A DNA stretch of 64,000 bases from Podarcis muralis (GCF_964188315.1 NC_135657.1:76198001-76262000); one strand, 5' to 3'; positions 13,013-26,522 are shown, counted from the first letter of the stretch. A program made the numbers and translations. Notes: a model not told the origin generated them from the sequence alone.

Positions 13013-13780
13013 TAAGCCTGATTTACTTCAATGCCTTACTCCCAAGTAAGTGTATTTGGCTGCTACCTTAATTTAACTGAAGAAGAAAAGTCTGTTTCAC
13101 TCTTTGCTCTTTTCTGGTCTTTCAGTTATAATGCGAATGGTAGATAAAGGAAACAACTATTATTTCTGTCATCTTTACTTTCATCTTTGGGAAATATTTC
13201 AGTCTGAAATACGACCAGTTATTTGAGGGAAAGAGTTTTGTTTTTTGCATGAGTACTGGAGAGAGAAAAGCTGAAATTCTGCAGATGTGAGGGCACCTTT
13301 GTACAGTGTGGGATGCCTTGTTTATATTAATTCTTATTCACCAGCATTATGATATTAGGTGTGAAATGTTTGTGTGATTCTAGATGGCCCATGTTAAGTA
13401 TGCTGTATTAACTTGGATATTGTTCCGTTTCATGTAGAAGAAGCTGGTGTCATCAATCATGTTAAGCGCTACATCGCTTTGGGCTAGTTCCATTGAAATT
13501 AATGTTATTTAAGTAGCAAAATACCACCAAGTGAGAATAAGATAGATAAAATCTGACATTTTCTTTTTTCAGATCCCCCCTTTATACAAATCAATGTATT
13601 CCCCACGTCCTTGCATTTCTGCATTGTTGAATATAGAAAAACAAAACTGACTGGCACCAGCAGGGTCCAGTGCTGCCTTGTCCAATGCAGCCCAGTACAG
13701 TACACCATTTGATGCAATATCCCTAAAGACCTCTCAACCCACAAGGACACTTCAGCTTCTATATTAAGTTTACTTCACAT

Positions 13781-14034
13781 GAGGAGGAGGAGGAGTTTTG
13801 GATTTCATATCCCACTTTATCACTACCCAAAGGAGTCTCAAAGCAGCTAACAATCGCCTTTCCCTTCCTCCCCGACAACAAACACTCTGTGAGGTGAGTG
13901 GGGCTGAGAGACTTCAAAGAAGTGTGACTAGCCCAAGGTCACCCAGCAGCTGCATGTGGAGGAGCGGGGAAGTGAACCTGGTTCACCAGATTACGAGTCC
14001 ACTGCTCTTAACCACTACACCTTCGCTGGCTCTC
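13781..14034 (-). mobile_element. tRNA-derived SINE, Squam3B-like, near full length with (CTC)n tail
   Basis: Minus strand starts GAGAGCCAGCGAAGGTGTAGTGGTTAAGAG (A box), then GGTTCACTTCCCC (B-box-like), and ends in a CTC microsatellite; family name from recognition. Confidence 0.75.
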
Positions 14035-15034
14035 TAAACCAGCTATTCTACCTGCTTTGAACTTTGTAAGTTAAAACATTACTCATTCTATAGAGTCATT
14101 CGGATTCTGTGAAGCAAGTTTCTTGATGTGGCCCACCTTCTTGCTGTCTATCTGTGATGGAGAGCTGTCAGGATTTATCTGCAAAGAACTGATGTGCAGC
14201 AGGGTTCTACTTTGGGGACAAAAAGTTCAGCCTGACAGCTTTCTAGTCTACTGCAGTTTTATAGCTCTATGATTGATGGCACAGTCATAATGTTTACTTG
14301 GAAGTAAGGCCATCCAGCTTCAGTGGGACTTACTCCAGCTAAGTAATTCTTGTAATAACATGACCATGGTGAATCGTTAATGGAAAGGAAAGAGGTACAA
14401 ACCGAACACCTTGGGAACAGAACTAGATGCTTTCAGGCTGCTGCTGAAAATAGCAGACCTATATATCCTTTTCCCTTTAGAGATGGTATAATCATGCCAT
14501 CACGCTCCATCCTCTGCTTCCACTCCACTTCACTGACTGACCCTTGCAGAATGCAATGACACCACACCCAGTTTTAGCAACCAGCTTCAAGATTGCTGAC
14601 ATACCTAGTTCCATAATGGACAATCCTGGTCAGTTTGTTCAAGGGAACATATCAAGCCAGGATTCTTTTAAAATTTGCAAACTCTGATAATCAGAAACAA
14701 CATTTGGACAAAGCTTTTGAATAAGGTGCCTTTCATTTTATTTTTCTCATAAACGGCTAATACCACAGACTACTCTTAAAGTCTGCACCCATTCCCTTAA
14801 CATTAAGAAAAAGGCCTGCCTCTTACAGGAAAACACATTACAAATTTATTTCCTTAATTAAAGGAAAGTTAATCCCTTTGACTGTGTCAGATAAAAATGA
14901 TAATGATATTTTTCTTTGTAAGATTGCCATGGAAATTAACAGGAAGCAGATTCCTTTAAAAAGAACCAGTCTCAGTCACTTTTATGGCTTGATGTACGTA
15001 ACTTCTATGTGTGTGTTCTTATTCTGTGTGCTTG

Positions 15035-15036
<2 letters not shown>

Positions 15037-15067
<31 letters not shown>
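15037..15067. repeat. (GT)n microsatellite, with (ATC)8 at 15205-15229
   Basis: Perfect runs. Confidence 0.95.
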
Positions 15068-15070
<3 letters not shown>

Positions 15071-16040
15071 ATGCATGGGTGCATCTCAAATCCATTCTGT
15101 CACAGTATGCCTCTAAGGGCTGACAGGGCAAAATGATGATTAACAGCAACAGGAACATGCTGCCCTGTTCTCTTTAAGGAAGAAATAAATGTTAGATGTG
15201 CTGTATCATCATCATCATCATCATCATCACAGGGCAGTTTACAAAATAAATACACAGAAATACATAATGTAGTAAAAAACCAAAAACAATAATCCACACA
15301 CTGTTTAAAAGATATTTCTGACATTCCTTAAACTAGTAATTTGTAATAACAGTAGACAAGAGTCCTAATTTAAGGAATGCATTGAATATGGCTGTCCCCC
15401 CCCATGCTTAAAAAAAACAATGCAGGCTATGATATGCCAGCAAAAAAGCAAAAAAGTCAGGTTATATCAAACTTTAGGATCTGATAATGATTAGTAAAAC
15501 AAAAGGCTCAATAAATATGCTATTGTTGGGTGGGTTGGGGGACTATTAATAAGAATAAGACAACATTATGCACTTACTCAAACAGGTAAAACATTGGTCT
15601 GAGGATGTATTATTTTCTCTATTATAATAATAGAACATACACCTCTACTTATATAATTTTGATGCGGGATGGCTTAGCTTATGAACAACACCCAGAAGGG
15701 CTCTAGGCAGCTGGCGCCCTAAGGCTTCAGGCATTGTAGCCAGCTGCTATGCACACAGCTTGCTGGCAGGGCCCACAAGGACAGTCTGTGACATCACAGA
15801 ACCTAGCAACTCCTGTCTGGTTGCCTCAGAAGTGAGCTTCAAAGAGGAATAAGCCAGCAAGTGCTCTGCTTGATGATGGCTCAGTTCTTGCCCAATGCCA
15901 TGCTCAATTCTAATATACTGGAATCAACAAAGTTGTGGCCGTGTTTAACCCACAAATTTGTCTCTTAGTGTTCCTTTCCTCCCAGCTATCGCATGTGGTG
16001 TTCCACACACATTATTCACTGTTACCCATATATAGATATA

Positions 16041-16201
16041 CATAGGGGCTGAGGAGTCTTCCCCCCTAAAATATTTGAGCCTGCCCCCCAAGTTGACGGG
16101 CATTGCCATTCAAACGGTGTGCATGCACTGCATCATGTGATCAATTATGCTAGGCAGGGCTTACGTCCCCCCCCAATATTATATTCAAGTTGGTACCCTT
16201 G
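16041..16201. mobile_element. hAT-type MITE (same family as 35089-35261, opposite orientation)
   Basis: 8-bp TSD TAGATATA / TAGAGATA (7/8); end CAAGTTGGTACCCTTG mirrors AAGGGGTGCCAACTTG at 35089. Confidence 0.65.
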
Positions 16202-16976
16202 TAGAGATAGATAGATATGATTTTACACTTTTCAGATGATCTTGTGTCTCAAACAGATGATTTTGACCCACAAATTTTGGTTCAAATCCTATTGTAACTA
16301 TGAGCTGGCTGGAAGACCTTGGGAAAACAAATAGTTCTAAGCCGAACATCCATCTGTAAAATGGGGAAAAATGCCGACTATTTTTCATGGGATTGTTTTT
16401 AATATGGGCACTGTGAAGCAATTTATTGCACACTTAAGAGTTTGAACCTAAGATTTCTGCATCAGGCTATGCACATTTAGGGCATGCTAACAGCAAGTTC
16501 ACTGCAATATTGAGTAGACATTTTCCATTGTGTTCTAGGAACACTGAGGTTAATGAAAAGCATATCAGCAGTTCCTCACAAGGAAAAGATCAGTAATGGA
16601 GGACAAAATGTCTTTGAGAGACAGTATACTCTATTACTAATCTCATGGTGGTAGCAGAGTGCTTGAGGTAGTTTAGATTAGAACACAGTAGTTTTCCTGC
16701 TGCTATTGCAAGGCTCCACATGCCCGACTGCCTGAAGTGAGGCTACATCCATGATTGCATCATCTCCAGTACTCAGAAAATTCCTGGTAAACATACAGAG
16801 GTCACTTGACAGACAACTCTATGTGGAATAGATTCTCTGATAGTAGCAACTTTGAAAACACCTGAACTAGCACGTGATATATGCTGATCTTGCCATAAGA
16901 TGATTGCTACTTTGCAGGAAATTCGACCAATGCAGGTGCTTTAGTTATGGTTACCAGGGCCTGATGAGAAAACATC

Positions 16977-17113
16977 TTGTTGTCATCCGTCTGTCTCGGG
17001 AGACAATGGAAAAGTGCACCTTTGGGGGTGAAGTCAAACTGCTGAAGAGTTACAATGCCTGCTGTGGTTGGAGAGATTGATATGGGAGCGGCATGTTTTG
17101 TTGCAGCTGGGGC
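16977..17113 (-). mobile_element. RTE LINE extreme 3' fragment
   Basis: Aligns by eye to 28082-28220 (…GCAGCTGGGGCA, GGTGAAGTCAAACTG, CAACAA tail). Confidence 0.8.
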
Positions 17114-17139
17114 ATAACAGCAATATTTCATCTTCTGCA

Positions 17140-17364
17140 CTGCTCCACTCCAGTCTACTCCAGTCCAAGCCCACCCACTCACTGCAGTCAGATTGGCCCA
17201 GGATTTGGATGCTCAGGGAGCAGGAAAGTCTGCCAATCAAAGTGGCTGACCAGGGGATTCCCCAACTGCTTGCTGCCTAGCCCCAGCATTGCTCCTGGGA
17301 GATCTGAGCCCACTGTGATGAGCCACAACAACCTCCCATCCCGAACTGGGTAAGCAGCCATTTG
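17140..17364 (-). mobile_element. Unclassified ~225-bp insertion between 22-bp direct repeats
   Basis: CAGCAATAT(T/C)TCATCTTCTGCA at 17118-17139 and 17365-17386; (CTCCA)-like short repeats at the left end resemble a retroposon tail; strand inferred from the tail. Confidence 0.45.
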
Positions 17365-19085
17365 CAGCAATATCTCATCTTCTGCATAGTATCTTCTGCA
17401 TAGTGTTTGGAAGCGGCAATTCACAAGACCTTTGTAGTCAGTAGAAGAGTTCCAGTTGGAGAGCTTCCTGATGGTAATGTATTGTGTGTTGCTAAGGCAT
17501 TCAAGTTTTCCACAAGCATGAACTTGCATTTCTCCTTGCTGCAAAAAATCCATTGAGTAGAAATATTGCGTGCTGGAGCCACATCTGAATAACAGCATGC
17601 ATTTAAGCCTTTGTGCAAGACCACTCGGGGTAGAGCTTTTGCCTCAGCCCAGTTATATGCTATAAAATATGGTTGTTCAGTCCCGCTATGCCGCAATAAA
17701 ATGAGGTTGTTTCTGAAGGCCCGGCTAAGTAGTGCTCTTCCTCTGAAACCCAACACAATACATGGTATCCGATAACAGTACATCCTGGGATTTTTGCTCC
17801 ACATGTACATATGCCCCAAAAGAAAAAGGGAGTGGAAGGAGGGTGAGGAACGGTTGAAGGGAGGAATAAGAAACACACACAACATTTGAACATGACAAAA
17901 ATGTACACAAGGGGTGGGAAACAGAACAACTGTAACAGAGCAACATGCTTAATATAAATAGGTCTGAACCAGCATCCAAATAATTTTGCAACATCTAGTT
18001 ATTGTAATCCCAAGGAATCTTTGGATTTAAGTTCCCATTGCCAAAATTTCATTGCAAACTACTTTAGAAACTAAGTAGTGGTCTAGCAGGAGAAACCTAC
18101 TGTTCAAATAGATACCCAACCCCAAGTGGGTGTCCAAAAGTATCTCTTTGGGTTTCCACCTACTAGTACAGGTGCTGAACTTTGGATGGAGAGTTCCCTC
18201 CAAGTGCTTTTGTCTATAGCTGGCAATGCTTTTGAAGTCACATATGCAGAAAACAGTGAATGTTCATTGTTTGAGGATAAAACCAGCTCTACTTTTGCCA
18301 TTTATTTCTTGCAGTGATGTATGGCTCACGTTGCTGCAATCATGGTCACAGACAAGTTATGATGATTTGCTGTGAAGTTGATTTATGATCCAGACACTGG
18401 TGAAAATCATTTTCTCTTTCACATCTTGCTGAAATCATGTCCCTGGGCTGAAAGTTTCATTAGAAAAGATGCTGGGATAGATTATTATTTTCCGTTGAGA
18501 ATTTTGATATCTAAACTTATTTTCTAATCTGTTTTTATGTTGATATGGGCTAAAGAAAAGCATAAGCTATTTTATAGACTGCACATACTTTTTAACCAAT
18601 ATTATATTTGTCAGAATTACTATGCATATAGCAAAGTTTGATTCCCTTTGGAAGGAGGTAATGGGAGACTTATTCGCATTTTGGAATATTTGACTTTATT
18701 TATGTATATACTGGTTAAGCACAGGCAGACAATTTAACTTAAAGACCTAAGATGAGCCCTCTTGGATTGGACTAAAGACCTATCTAGTCCAGCATTTGGT
18801 TCTAACAGTGGCCAAGCAGATAGTCCAAAGTTTCCTGCTGAAATATCAGATTTCTAGGGAGAAAGCCAATATCTTAACATGTTTGCAGAACACAACTCAA
18901 CTCTCCAGGCTCGCCCACACTTCCACTTGTGGAAAGCTTGTGTCTGGGCGGTTTTCTGCTTGACCCACACTTTCTAGGCACCCATCTGAACCGTTTCTCC
19001 ATTGCCCTTCTGATTTCCCAGGCAAAACCCGCTCTTTAGTGCAAAATCACTAAATCACTCACCTAACAGAAGGATACATCTGACT

Positions 19086-19320
19086 AGACTAGCAAGTGTT
19101 GGCATAATGGTTAAAGTGTTGGACTTGGACCTGAGAGACTAGGGTTTGAATCCCCACTTGACCATGAAGCTCAGTGGGTGACCTTGGGCCAGTCACAACC
19201 TCTTAGCCTAACCTACTTCACAGGGTTGTTGTGAGGATGAAATTGGGAGGAGAACCATGTACGCCACTTGAGATCCTAGGAAGATAAAGGTTGTATATGA
19301 ATCTAATAAATAAATAAGTA
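19086..19320 (+). mobile_element. Squam3-type SINE, diverged
   Basis: tRNA-like head (GGCATAATGGTTAAAGTG…GGTTTGAATCCCC), body GGGTGACCTTGGGCCAGTCAC, (AATA)n tail; similar to 37878-38119. Confidence 0.75.
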
Positions 19321-19341
19321 ATATAATAAGTTTTAACAGCT

Positions 19342-19531
19342 GGGGAAGGCCTATAACTCAGTAGCAGGACATTCTGCTTTGTATGCAGAAGGCCCTAGAT
19401 TCTATTCACAGCATCTCCAGTTAGGAAAGGTAATGTCTCCTGCCTGGAATCCTTGAGGTTCACTGCTAGTCAGCATCAAAAGTACCAAGCCAGATAGTCT
19501 AAGTTGTTACTAGGCAGTATTATGCAGCTTC
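19342..19531 (+). mobile_element. Squam2-type SINE, diverged
   Basis: Head AACTCAGTAGCAGGACATTCTGCTTTGTATGCAGAAGGCCC; similar to 56554-56740. Confidence 0.6.
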
Positions 19532-20343
19532 AGGAATCTTCGTAGCCTGCTAACCTTCTTTTGTTCTACCCACAATTTCACAATAATATAAAATAACATG
19601 AACAATGTGCACTTACAACACTGCAAGAGCCGGGTAGTTTCGAAATGCGCAAGGGAGAAAACAAGCAATTCATCAAAACCATGCGAACAACAGTTGTAGT
19701 AAACTGAAACAATTCTCTTTTCTGATTGCCAGTTAAATTACCTCTATTCATACAAAGCATAAAAGGCAGCCAGCTTCTAACTGGAAGCTCTTCTTCCTTT
19801 GTAAAAGCAGAGGCTTTTAAAACAGACCTTAAATATATTGACTATTGCTGGAACACGCCCCAGGGATATATTAGGCCTGCCAAGATGGATGCAATTTGGC
19901 TCCATTGATTAAATAGCTTTTACTAATGGAGGCATTGAAATTGTATCGGAACATAAACAATTCTGGCACTACTTAGAAACGCATCGACGTATGATAGCTT
20001 TTTATGCAATCATAAAAGTGCAGGGATATTCATTTTCTTACATTTCTTACTCCTCTCTCTTTAAAGTGGAATTCATGCTAAGAAACACACCCAAAATGGC
20101 CATGCTGTTGCAAGAACTCTTCTTTGCTATCTGCATCATCCGTCCTGTGTCTTTATGCCATCACATTGGGCTTTTTCTGTAAATAATGCAGCAAATAATG
20201 TGTAGCAGGGATAGGGAAACAGAAGCTTAGATCCACTGTAAGGCTCCACGGGCAGGAGTGTTGCATGAGCAGAATCCTGCTAACGTGATGCTCTCAACAG
20301 CAGAAGGGGAACAGCACTTTGTGCAGATTCCTCCTTTGTCCCA

Positions 20344-20639
20344 TGTAGGAATGAAAAATCACAGGAGACGAGAGAGGCAGGTGTAACATGAGGCGTCTGG
20401 CCAGAGCGGACCCTGGGAGCCTCTTTTATTGAATATTACAAACATTGCCACATGTGTGCTTGTCGCTGATTGGTTGATACATAAGCATAAGGCGGGAATT
20501 ACATGTGAGAGGTGGGGATTACGTGTGAACATTTATTATCGATGGATTAAAGGCTGGGAATCGAAGCTAGAACTAGACAGGCATGAAGCCTCCTAGAGAT
20601 TAATATGGCACAAACAATTACTAATGATGGATCATAACA
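20344..20639 (-). mobile_element. Probable solo LTR, 296 bp
   Basis: Minus strand TGTTATG…CCTACA termini, CCAAT box and AATAAA in LTR-like order; no matching TSD. Confidence 0.5.
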
Positions 20640-22274
20640 TGAAACAATATAACAATCAAGTTCTGTAGATGTGGTCAGCTAGGCATAAAGAACAAGTCAT
20701 CATGAACTTAGGGTGAGCTGAGCAAGGAGAGAATGTCTTGGTGTTTAGAACAGAACTGTACAGTGTGTGCAAAAGCAGGGAAAAGATTATAAGCAAGACT
20801 TTCCAGAATGCAAGAGAAAAGGTGCAAGGCTTCTCCAAAATGCAGCAGGTATGGGCAGAAGGAAAACTTCCCTTTAGTCCCACTAAAAAAATCTCCAAAG
20901 GTTTGGGGCTCCCTGTGGAGTAGAACAAGAGGTAACAAAGCGAAGGGGAGATAATTGAAAATTGCCACCCTGGATCTGTGCTCCAGTAGGAGATTCCATT
21001 GGATCCCAACTCCCTCAGTGAATGGAAGGAGTCATTTGTTAGGATCCTAGTCGATGTGCAGAATCTGATGCCAGGATATGAGAGTAAGTTGTGCCATAGC
21101 ATTTGAAGGGAGAGGGAGGTTAACTCAGCCTGTGATATTTGAGCTTCTCATAGAAAGTTATGCTCCTAGACTTTTTAATAATCCCCCTCAGTCCCAATTG
21201 CATAGCAAGCCATGCAAACCATGGAAAGAAATAATTGCATGCCACTCCAGAATAAAGGGATACTATTGTGCTTTCCATTTCTATTCCCATCTGAAAGGAA
21301 TCTGCCTATCTAATCTAAAGGTCAATATCAAATTCCAGGTGTCATAGCCCCTATTCCTCCAGAGTCATAATACTTGGATACAAAACCCATAGTTGGCTCC
21401 TGTTCACTTTGTTGAATTAGGAAGCAGAAAGCCAGCAGAAGGAAGTTTTACAGTACAGATAAAAACCCCAGAAAATAACATTATTTGTTTTCTCTCCCCT
21501 CCCCTATTCATTTTATACAATGGACATTCTAATTATCGGAAATGTGTTGATATATGAAAGCCTGCAGCACTTTTGGTTTAAGTATTAAACACTAATGGCA
21601 AGCCGTATATAAGCCTTTTGCTGTTTAATTATGCTAATCAGGTTGAAAAGTAATTTTGCAAATAAGCTTCGGTATTTCTTTAAAGGTATCCAAAAATAAT
21701 ATATTCCTCCCATAGTCATCAGTTTAATGACTGGCAAATAATGACCATGTTATTATGTGATCATCACTTACCATCTTGCTGAAAGATACCTGGCCTATTT
21801 TAATGTGAAGTGTTAGTATAATTTAAAATTACTGGCACTCCAGTCCTAAACACATTCACTCAAATATAAATCCCATTGATTTCATAAGAATTTGCATCTA
21901 AAAGGGAAGACATTTAAGACTAAGGCTCAAATTTTTCTCAACATATTCCACCCCCTCTTCTAACAGCAGTAGAAGCAGCACTAGTAATACTGTCAAGAGC
22001 CAAAGGGAAGAAAGAAGATAAACAAGCACTGAATGCTCTAGTTAATACTGTATAATAGAATCCCTGACATTAATTTCAGATAAAGATGCCTAAAGTTTAA
22101 GGGATATGGCAAAAGATATTTGATCCTTGTGAACAGCTTGGCTTACCTGTGCTGATGCTTGCATGACATCTCTCAGAGAAAACAGAAGAGAAAAACAATT
22201 AGCTAGCTATGCAGCCAAGAAATAAAGGCCATTTCATCAGGCAAGCAGAAATGCTTATACTGTGATCTGTGTAA

Positions 22275-22420
22275 GGGCTCATCCACACTTCCGCTTATCC
22301 CTCCACTTTCCCTCAGTGAAACCTGTTTTTTAGTAATTGAATTTTGCTCTGATTCAAGAGTAAACAGTGCGTTTTATCAGGAAAAGCGGCAGGACAAATG
22401 AAAAACCATCTCTGACTCAT
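22275..22420. mobile_element. Degenerate palindromic MITE (PIF/Harbinger-like end GGGCTCATCCACAC after TAA)
   Basis: Fold-back similarity of CCACTTTCCCTCAGTGAAAC with TCAGGAAAAGCGG; right TIR decayed. Confidence 0.35.
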
Positions 22421-22808
22421 ATTTTCTAGGCATAGCTTGTGGTTATGAATCTAACACTTCAGTGCTAAAGTTTTCTGCCATTTTGTTGGTCTCTGACCCC
22501 AGCGTTATGTCATATTTTCTGAGGCTGAGCTAGTGTAGAGATTGGAATGTGTTAAGTACATGTGAGCACATTCAGCAAGTTTTAGCTCTTATTCCTTGTC
22601 TGTAAAGCAGGGGTTGCAACACCTGCCTGGTCTTGTGTAATCTGGGACAATATGCAAAATTATACATGCCTTCAAACTCCATGTAATAATGTATTTTTAA
22701 TCCATTTGTATTGTGAGTTCTACGTTGAAACTGTGTAACTACTCTGCTGTGTGTCTCCTCAGATTCTCCCCATCTTATTTCTTTGAAACATTTTGCCTAG
22801 TGTTGTGA

Positions 22809-22810
<2 letters not shown>

Positions 22811-22886
<76 letters not shown>
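22811..22886. repeat. Compound microsatellite (CT)23(CA)15
   Basis: Perfect runs. Confidence 0.97.
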
Positions 22887-22891
<5 letters not shown>

Positions 22892-25030
22892 TCATTGTTC
22901 AATGTCCCCTTTTAAACAGTGCATGAAGAAAGGCAAGGCCTTCGTTTTTGTGCTGAAGCCATGAAAGGAGTTACAGTCCTAAGCAAGAAAGCCAAACTTG
23001 CTTGCTGGGAGAAAATGAAGTTCTTGGAATCATTTCTGATGAATACAGAATCACTGGTGGTGGTGATTCACCAACAGTCCGATCCAAACCTAAAATCTAC
23101 CCAGATGAGAAAGTCTGGGTTCAGCAGGTGTTGGGATTTCCCAGCTGAAGCTAGGTCAGCCTAAATCCCTCACCGTGACTCAACCAGGGATCTGCTGGCT
23201 CAGTCATGGCTCAGCAGACGTAATTTAAGCTGGTGCAATATATGCTGTCATAAATCCCCACAATGGGGAAAGACTTGCATGTATTCCAGCTTGATCATGT
23301 GGCCTAGGACCCAAACCTCAAACCTCAGCCCACATTCACCTGTTGGCTCAGTGATCAGTAACACTCCCAGAGCCTCCTAAACAGAGTTTGGAAGAGGGGT
23401 AACTTATGCTGGCCCAAATTACTCTGGCTTCCTATAGTTAGGATTGCTCCTTCAATGTTAGATATACATACCTAGGGGTCAGTCTAGCACTTATGGTACA
23501 ACCACTCTGCATCTGTTCTTTGCTGGATATTCCAGATTGGGGGGGGGGGGGACTGCATGGTGAGTGCAATCATTATCTTAATCTTGTGATCCTCAGTGCT
23601 GATGACCAACAGAAACTTTGTGCTGATCATCAAGGTGGATCTCAAAGTGGGGTGATGCTGGCAGTGAACAGGGATGACCATGAAGTCCCCCCTTGAAGGT
23701 TTCATGTAGAATTTCTATTTGTGTATCATAATATACACTATGAACCATTCCTGGAAAGGTAGCCTATTCACAGAAATCTGCTTCAACATGTGCACCACCC
23801 TTGTTGGACTGGAACAATTAGCTCTAGTTCTTCCATATGATTTAATAGTTCAATGGCAGAATCATTCTATACTGACATTTCAGATAATGCAGAAAGGAGT
23901 TTTCTTGGAAACAGTGAGCCTACTGGCTATTGTTAGTCCAGTGGTTTTATTTTATTATTTTATTACACCCCCCCCCCGGCACCCTGAGGTTTAATTTAGA
24001 ATACACTTTTTAAAAGTTAAATAGCTTGCAATTAAAAATTGCACACCCTTCTGTTCTCCTTCCTATCTTCTCTCCTCTGGAATTGTCATTAGTGTCCCCA
24101 TTGTGCATCTTCCATTTTTGGTCCAGATTGCAAATCTTCTGTTTTAAAATGAGAAAAGAAGAAGACGCTGCTGCCATTGGTATCGCAAACAGGTCATTAA
24201 AATGAACTGTGAAACATGAAAAATAAACAGGTATGCTACTCATTCATCTTAAGTGCCAGTATGCTAACGGTGTTCAGCACCACTGAGATTAATCAGCAGA
24301 TCAGCCGGCTGAGACTTCAGCATTAAGAAAATGATTTGTTTCTTCATCTGCAATAAACTGACTAAATATGGAGGCTGGCTAAACATCAGTGAGTTGGGAA
24401 AGTTGCTAAGTTGAAAGTAAGGGTGATGCAAGAGCAATGGTCTTTCTCTGCAGTTACCAAAGGTTTGCTGTTGTTGATGATGCCATTGTGTGAGTGCCAT
24501 GATGTTTTACAGTTTCATAAGGACCGATGGATGGATAGACAGACATAACCTGACTATTTTGTTCATCTCAGAAAATAAAACACACGCACTATTAGCATGC
24601 CTTTATTAGGAAATCCTTTCTGTCTGCTGTTACTACTTGTTTTCCCTTCTAGCAAATCTGTGGCTGAAAGTCAAAATGGCACTGGCTAGCTAAGAACTGT
24701 TGTGTGGAGACATCTGCATGTTTGTTGCTGGGTGGCTGTGACCAGGGAGACCTGGATTCAGTCCCCTTTCCACCCAGACCTGTGACTCTGTGACTGGCTC
24801 TGTCAAAGCTGGCCTCAATGGAGTGGGTAAAGGGAATGGGAGACTTGCACATTCCTGCTGTGTGAGGTAAATACCAACTTGCAGGTGGTATTCTGCGTCT
24901 GCTTGCAGGTTACCAGGGCCAGCAGACCTTACAAGACCAACAACATCAGTGTTATGTTGCTGCAGTGGCTCTCATCTACATACCATTTTTAAAATACATT
25001 TTTGAATATCTATAAATATTTGCTTATAAA

Positions 25031-25552
25031 TGCTTCTTGGGAGGAAAGCAATGACAAACCTAGGCAGCACCTTAAAAAGCAGAGACATCACCTTGCCAAC
25101 AAAGGTCCATATAGTTAAAGCTATGGTTTTCCTAGTAGTGATGTATGGAAGTGAGAGCTGGACCATAAAGAAGGCTGATCGCTGAAGAATTGATGCTTTT
25201 GAATTATGGTGCTGGAGGAGACATTTGAGAGTCCCATGGACTGCAAGAAGATCAAACCTCTCCATTCTTAAGGAAATCAGACCTGAGTGCTCACTGGAAG
25301 GACAGATAGTGAAGCTGAGGCTCCAATACTTTGACCACCTCATGAGAAGAGAAGACTCCCTGGAAAAGACTCTGATGTTGGGAAAGATGGAGGGCACAAG
25401 GAGAAGGGGACGACAGAGGATGAGATGGTTGGATAGTGTTCTCGAAGCTACCAACATGATGCAGGAGGCAGTGGAAGACAGGAGTGCCTGGTGTGCTCTG
25501 GTCCATGGGGTCACGAAGAGTCGGACACGACTAAACGACTAAACAACAACAA
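25031..25552 (+). mobile_element. Bov-B (RTE) LINE, 5'-truncated 3' end
   Basis: Translates as RVPWTARRSNLSILKEIRPECSLEGQIVKLRLQYF.HLMRREDSLEKTLMLGKMEG, the Bov-B ORF C-terminus; (CAA)n tail; small internal deletion near 25460. Confidence 0.92.
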
Positions 25553-26309
25553 TAAATATCTACACAGAGAGAGACTCTGTCCTGCTGCTGTCTTTGATGA
25601 TGTGGTTAATCCAAACACATAAAAACACACAGTGAATCCAAATTGAGAAACATCTCTCATTTGGGGATGGCGCACATACCAAACAGTTTGTAATGAAAAT
25701 CTTAACAATTTCAACTTAAACTTCATTTTCCAAAGAAGGTAGCTGCTTTCTCCTTCCTATTTCCCCAATGCCTTTGGGTCCTTCTGAATCATGATTGACA
25801 AGAGCTGTGCACCTCTGTTCTCGTTAGCATTTTTAATTTTATACTCCCTAAATGAATTTCATGGGATCATCAGTTTCTGAAAGGCTTTAAGAAACATCAA
25901 TATGTTGCATCCTCAATGTTAATGATATAAGCAACACTGATTTTGTATTCAGAAGTTAAATGGAGGGATTCTTAATGGCTTATGAGCTTTGACATTCTCA
26001 TCGTCTACAGAGACACTTATGAAATACCTGCCTCCCTTTATGGAATTCAGCTGAATCTCTCACTGTATTAAAATTTGATATTGTTTGAAGACTTCTTGAA
26101 GGATCCCATGGGGGGGAAATCCTGCTTGGTAGAATGTGCATGTTGCTTTGCATTTTCAGCGTACAACTGAAGCTTGGACAACACCCAAAGAATCACACAG
26201 CTACATATTACCTCATAACCAATGAAGTATTGGCACAGGTTTTTTTTAACGCACGTCACATGGAACATCACCTTGGAATTATGGGGAGTTGGAACACTCA
26301 TTCTCTGGG

Positions 26310-26522
26310 TATTTGAATGTTATATTCATATCCCGTCTTTTCTCCAAGGAGTTCAAGGTAGTGTGCATGGATCCCACCCTCCCAGTTTTTCCTTACAACA
26401 ACCCTGTGAGGTAGGTAAGGCTGAGAGGCCCAAGATCACCTAGTGAACTTCATGAGGGGTAAGCTGAGTGGGGGCTTGAGCCCTGGTCTCCCAGATCCTG
26501 CCCTAGCCGCTACACCATACAG
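26310..26522 (-). mobile_element. Squam3-type SINE, diverged
   Basis: Reverse complement of the Squam3 body (CAACAACCCTGTGAGGTAGG…CCAAGATCACCTAGTG…GCTACACCA). Confidence 0.65.

Noticed and set aside
17188-17885. 136-aa and 154-aa minus-strand ORFs
   Set aside because: No recognisable homology or splice structure, and one runs through the 17140-17364 insert; lengths are compatible with chance
20656-21102. 148-aa ORF
   Set aside because: No recognisable family or motif; ordinary intergenic composition
24972-25514. 180-aa antisense ORF (also 29831-30154 and 61939-62256)
   Set aside because: Antisense frames of Bov-B fragments, recurring only because the repeat recurs
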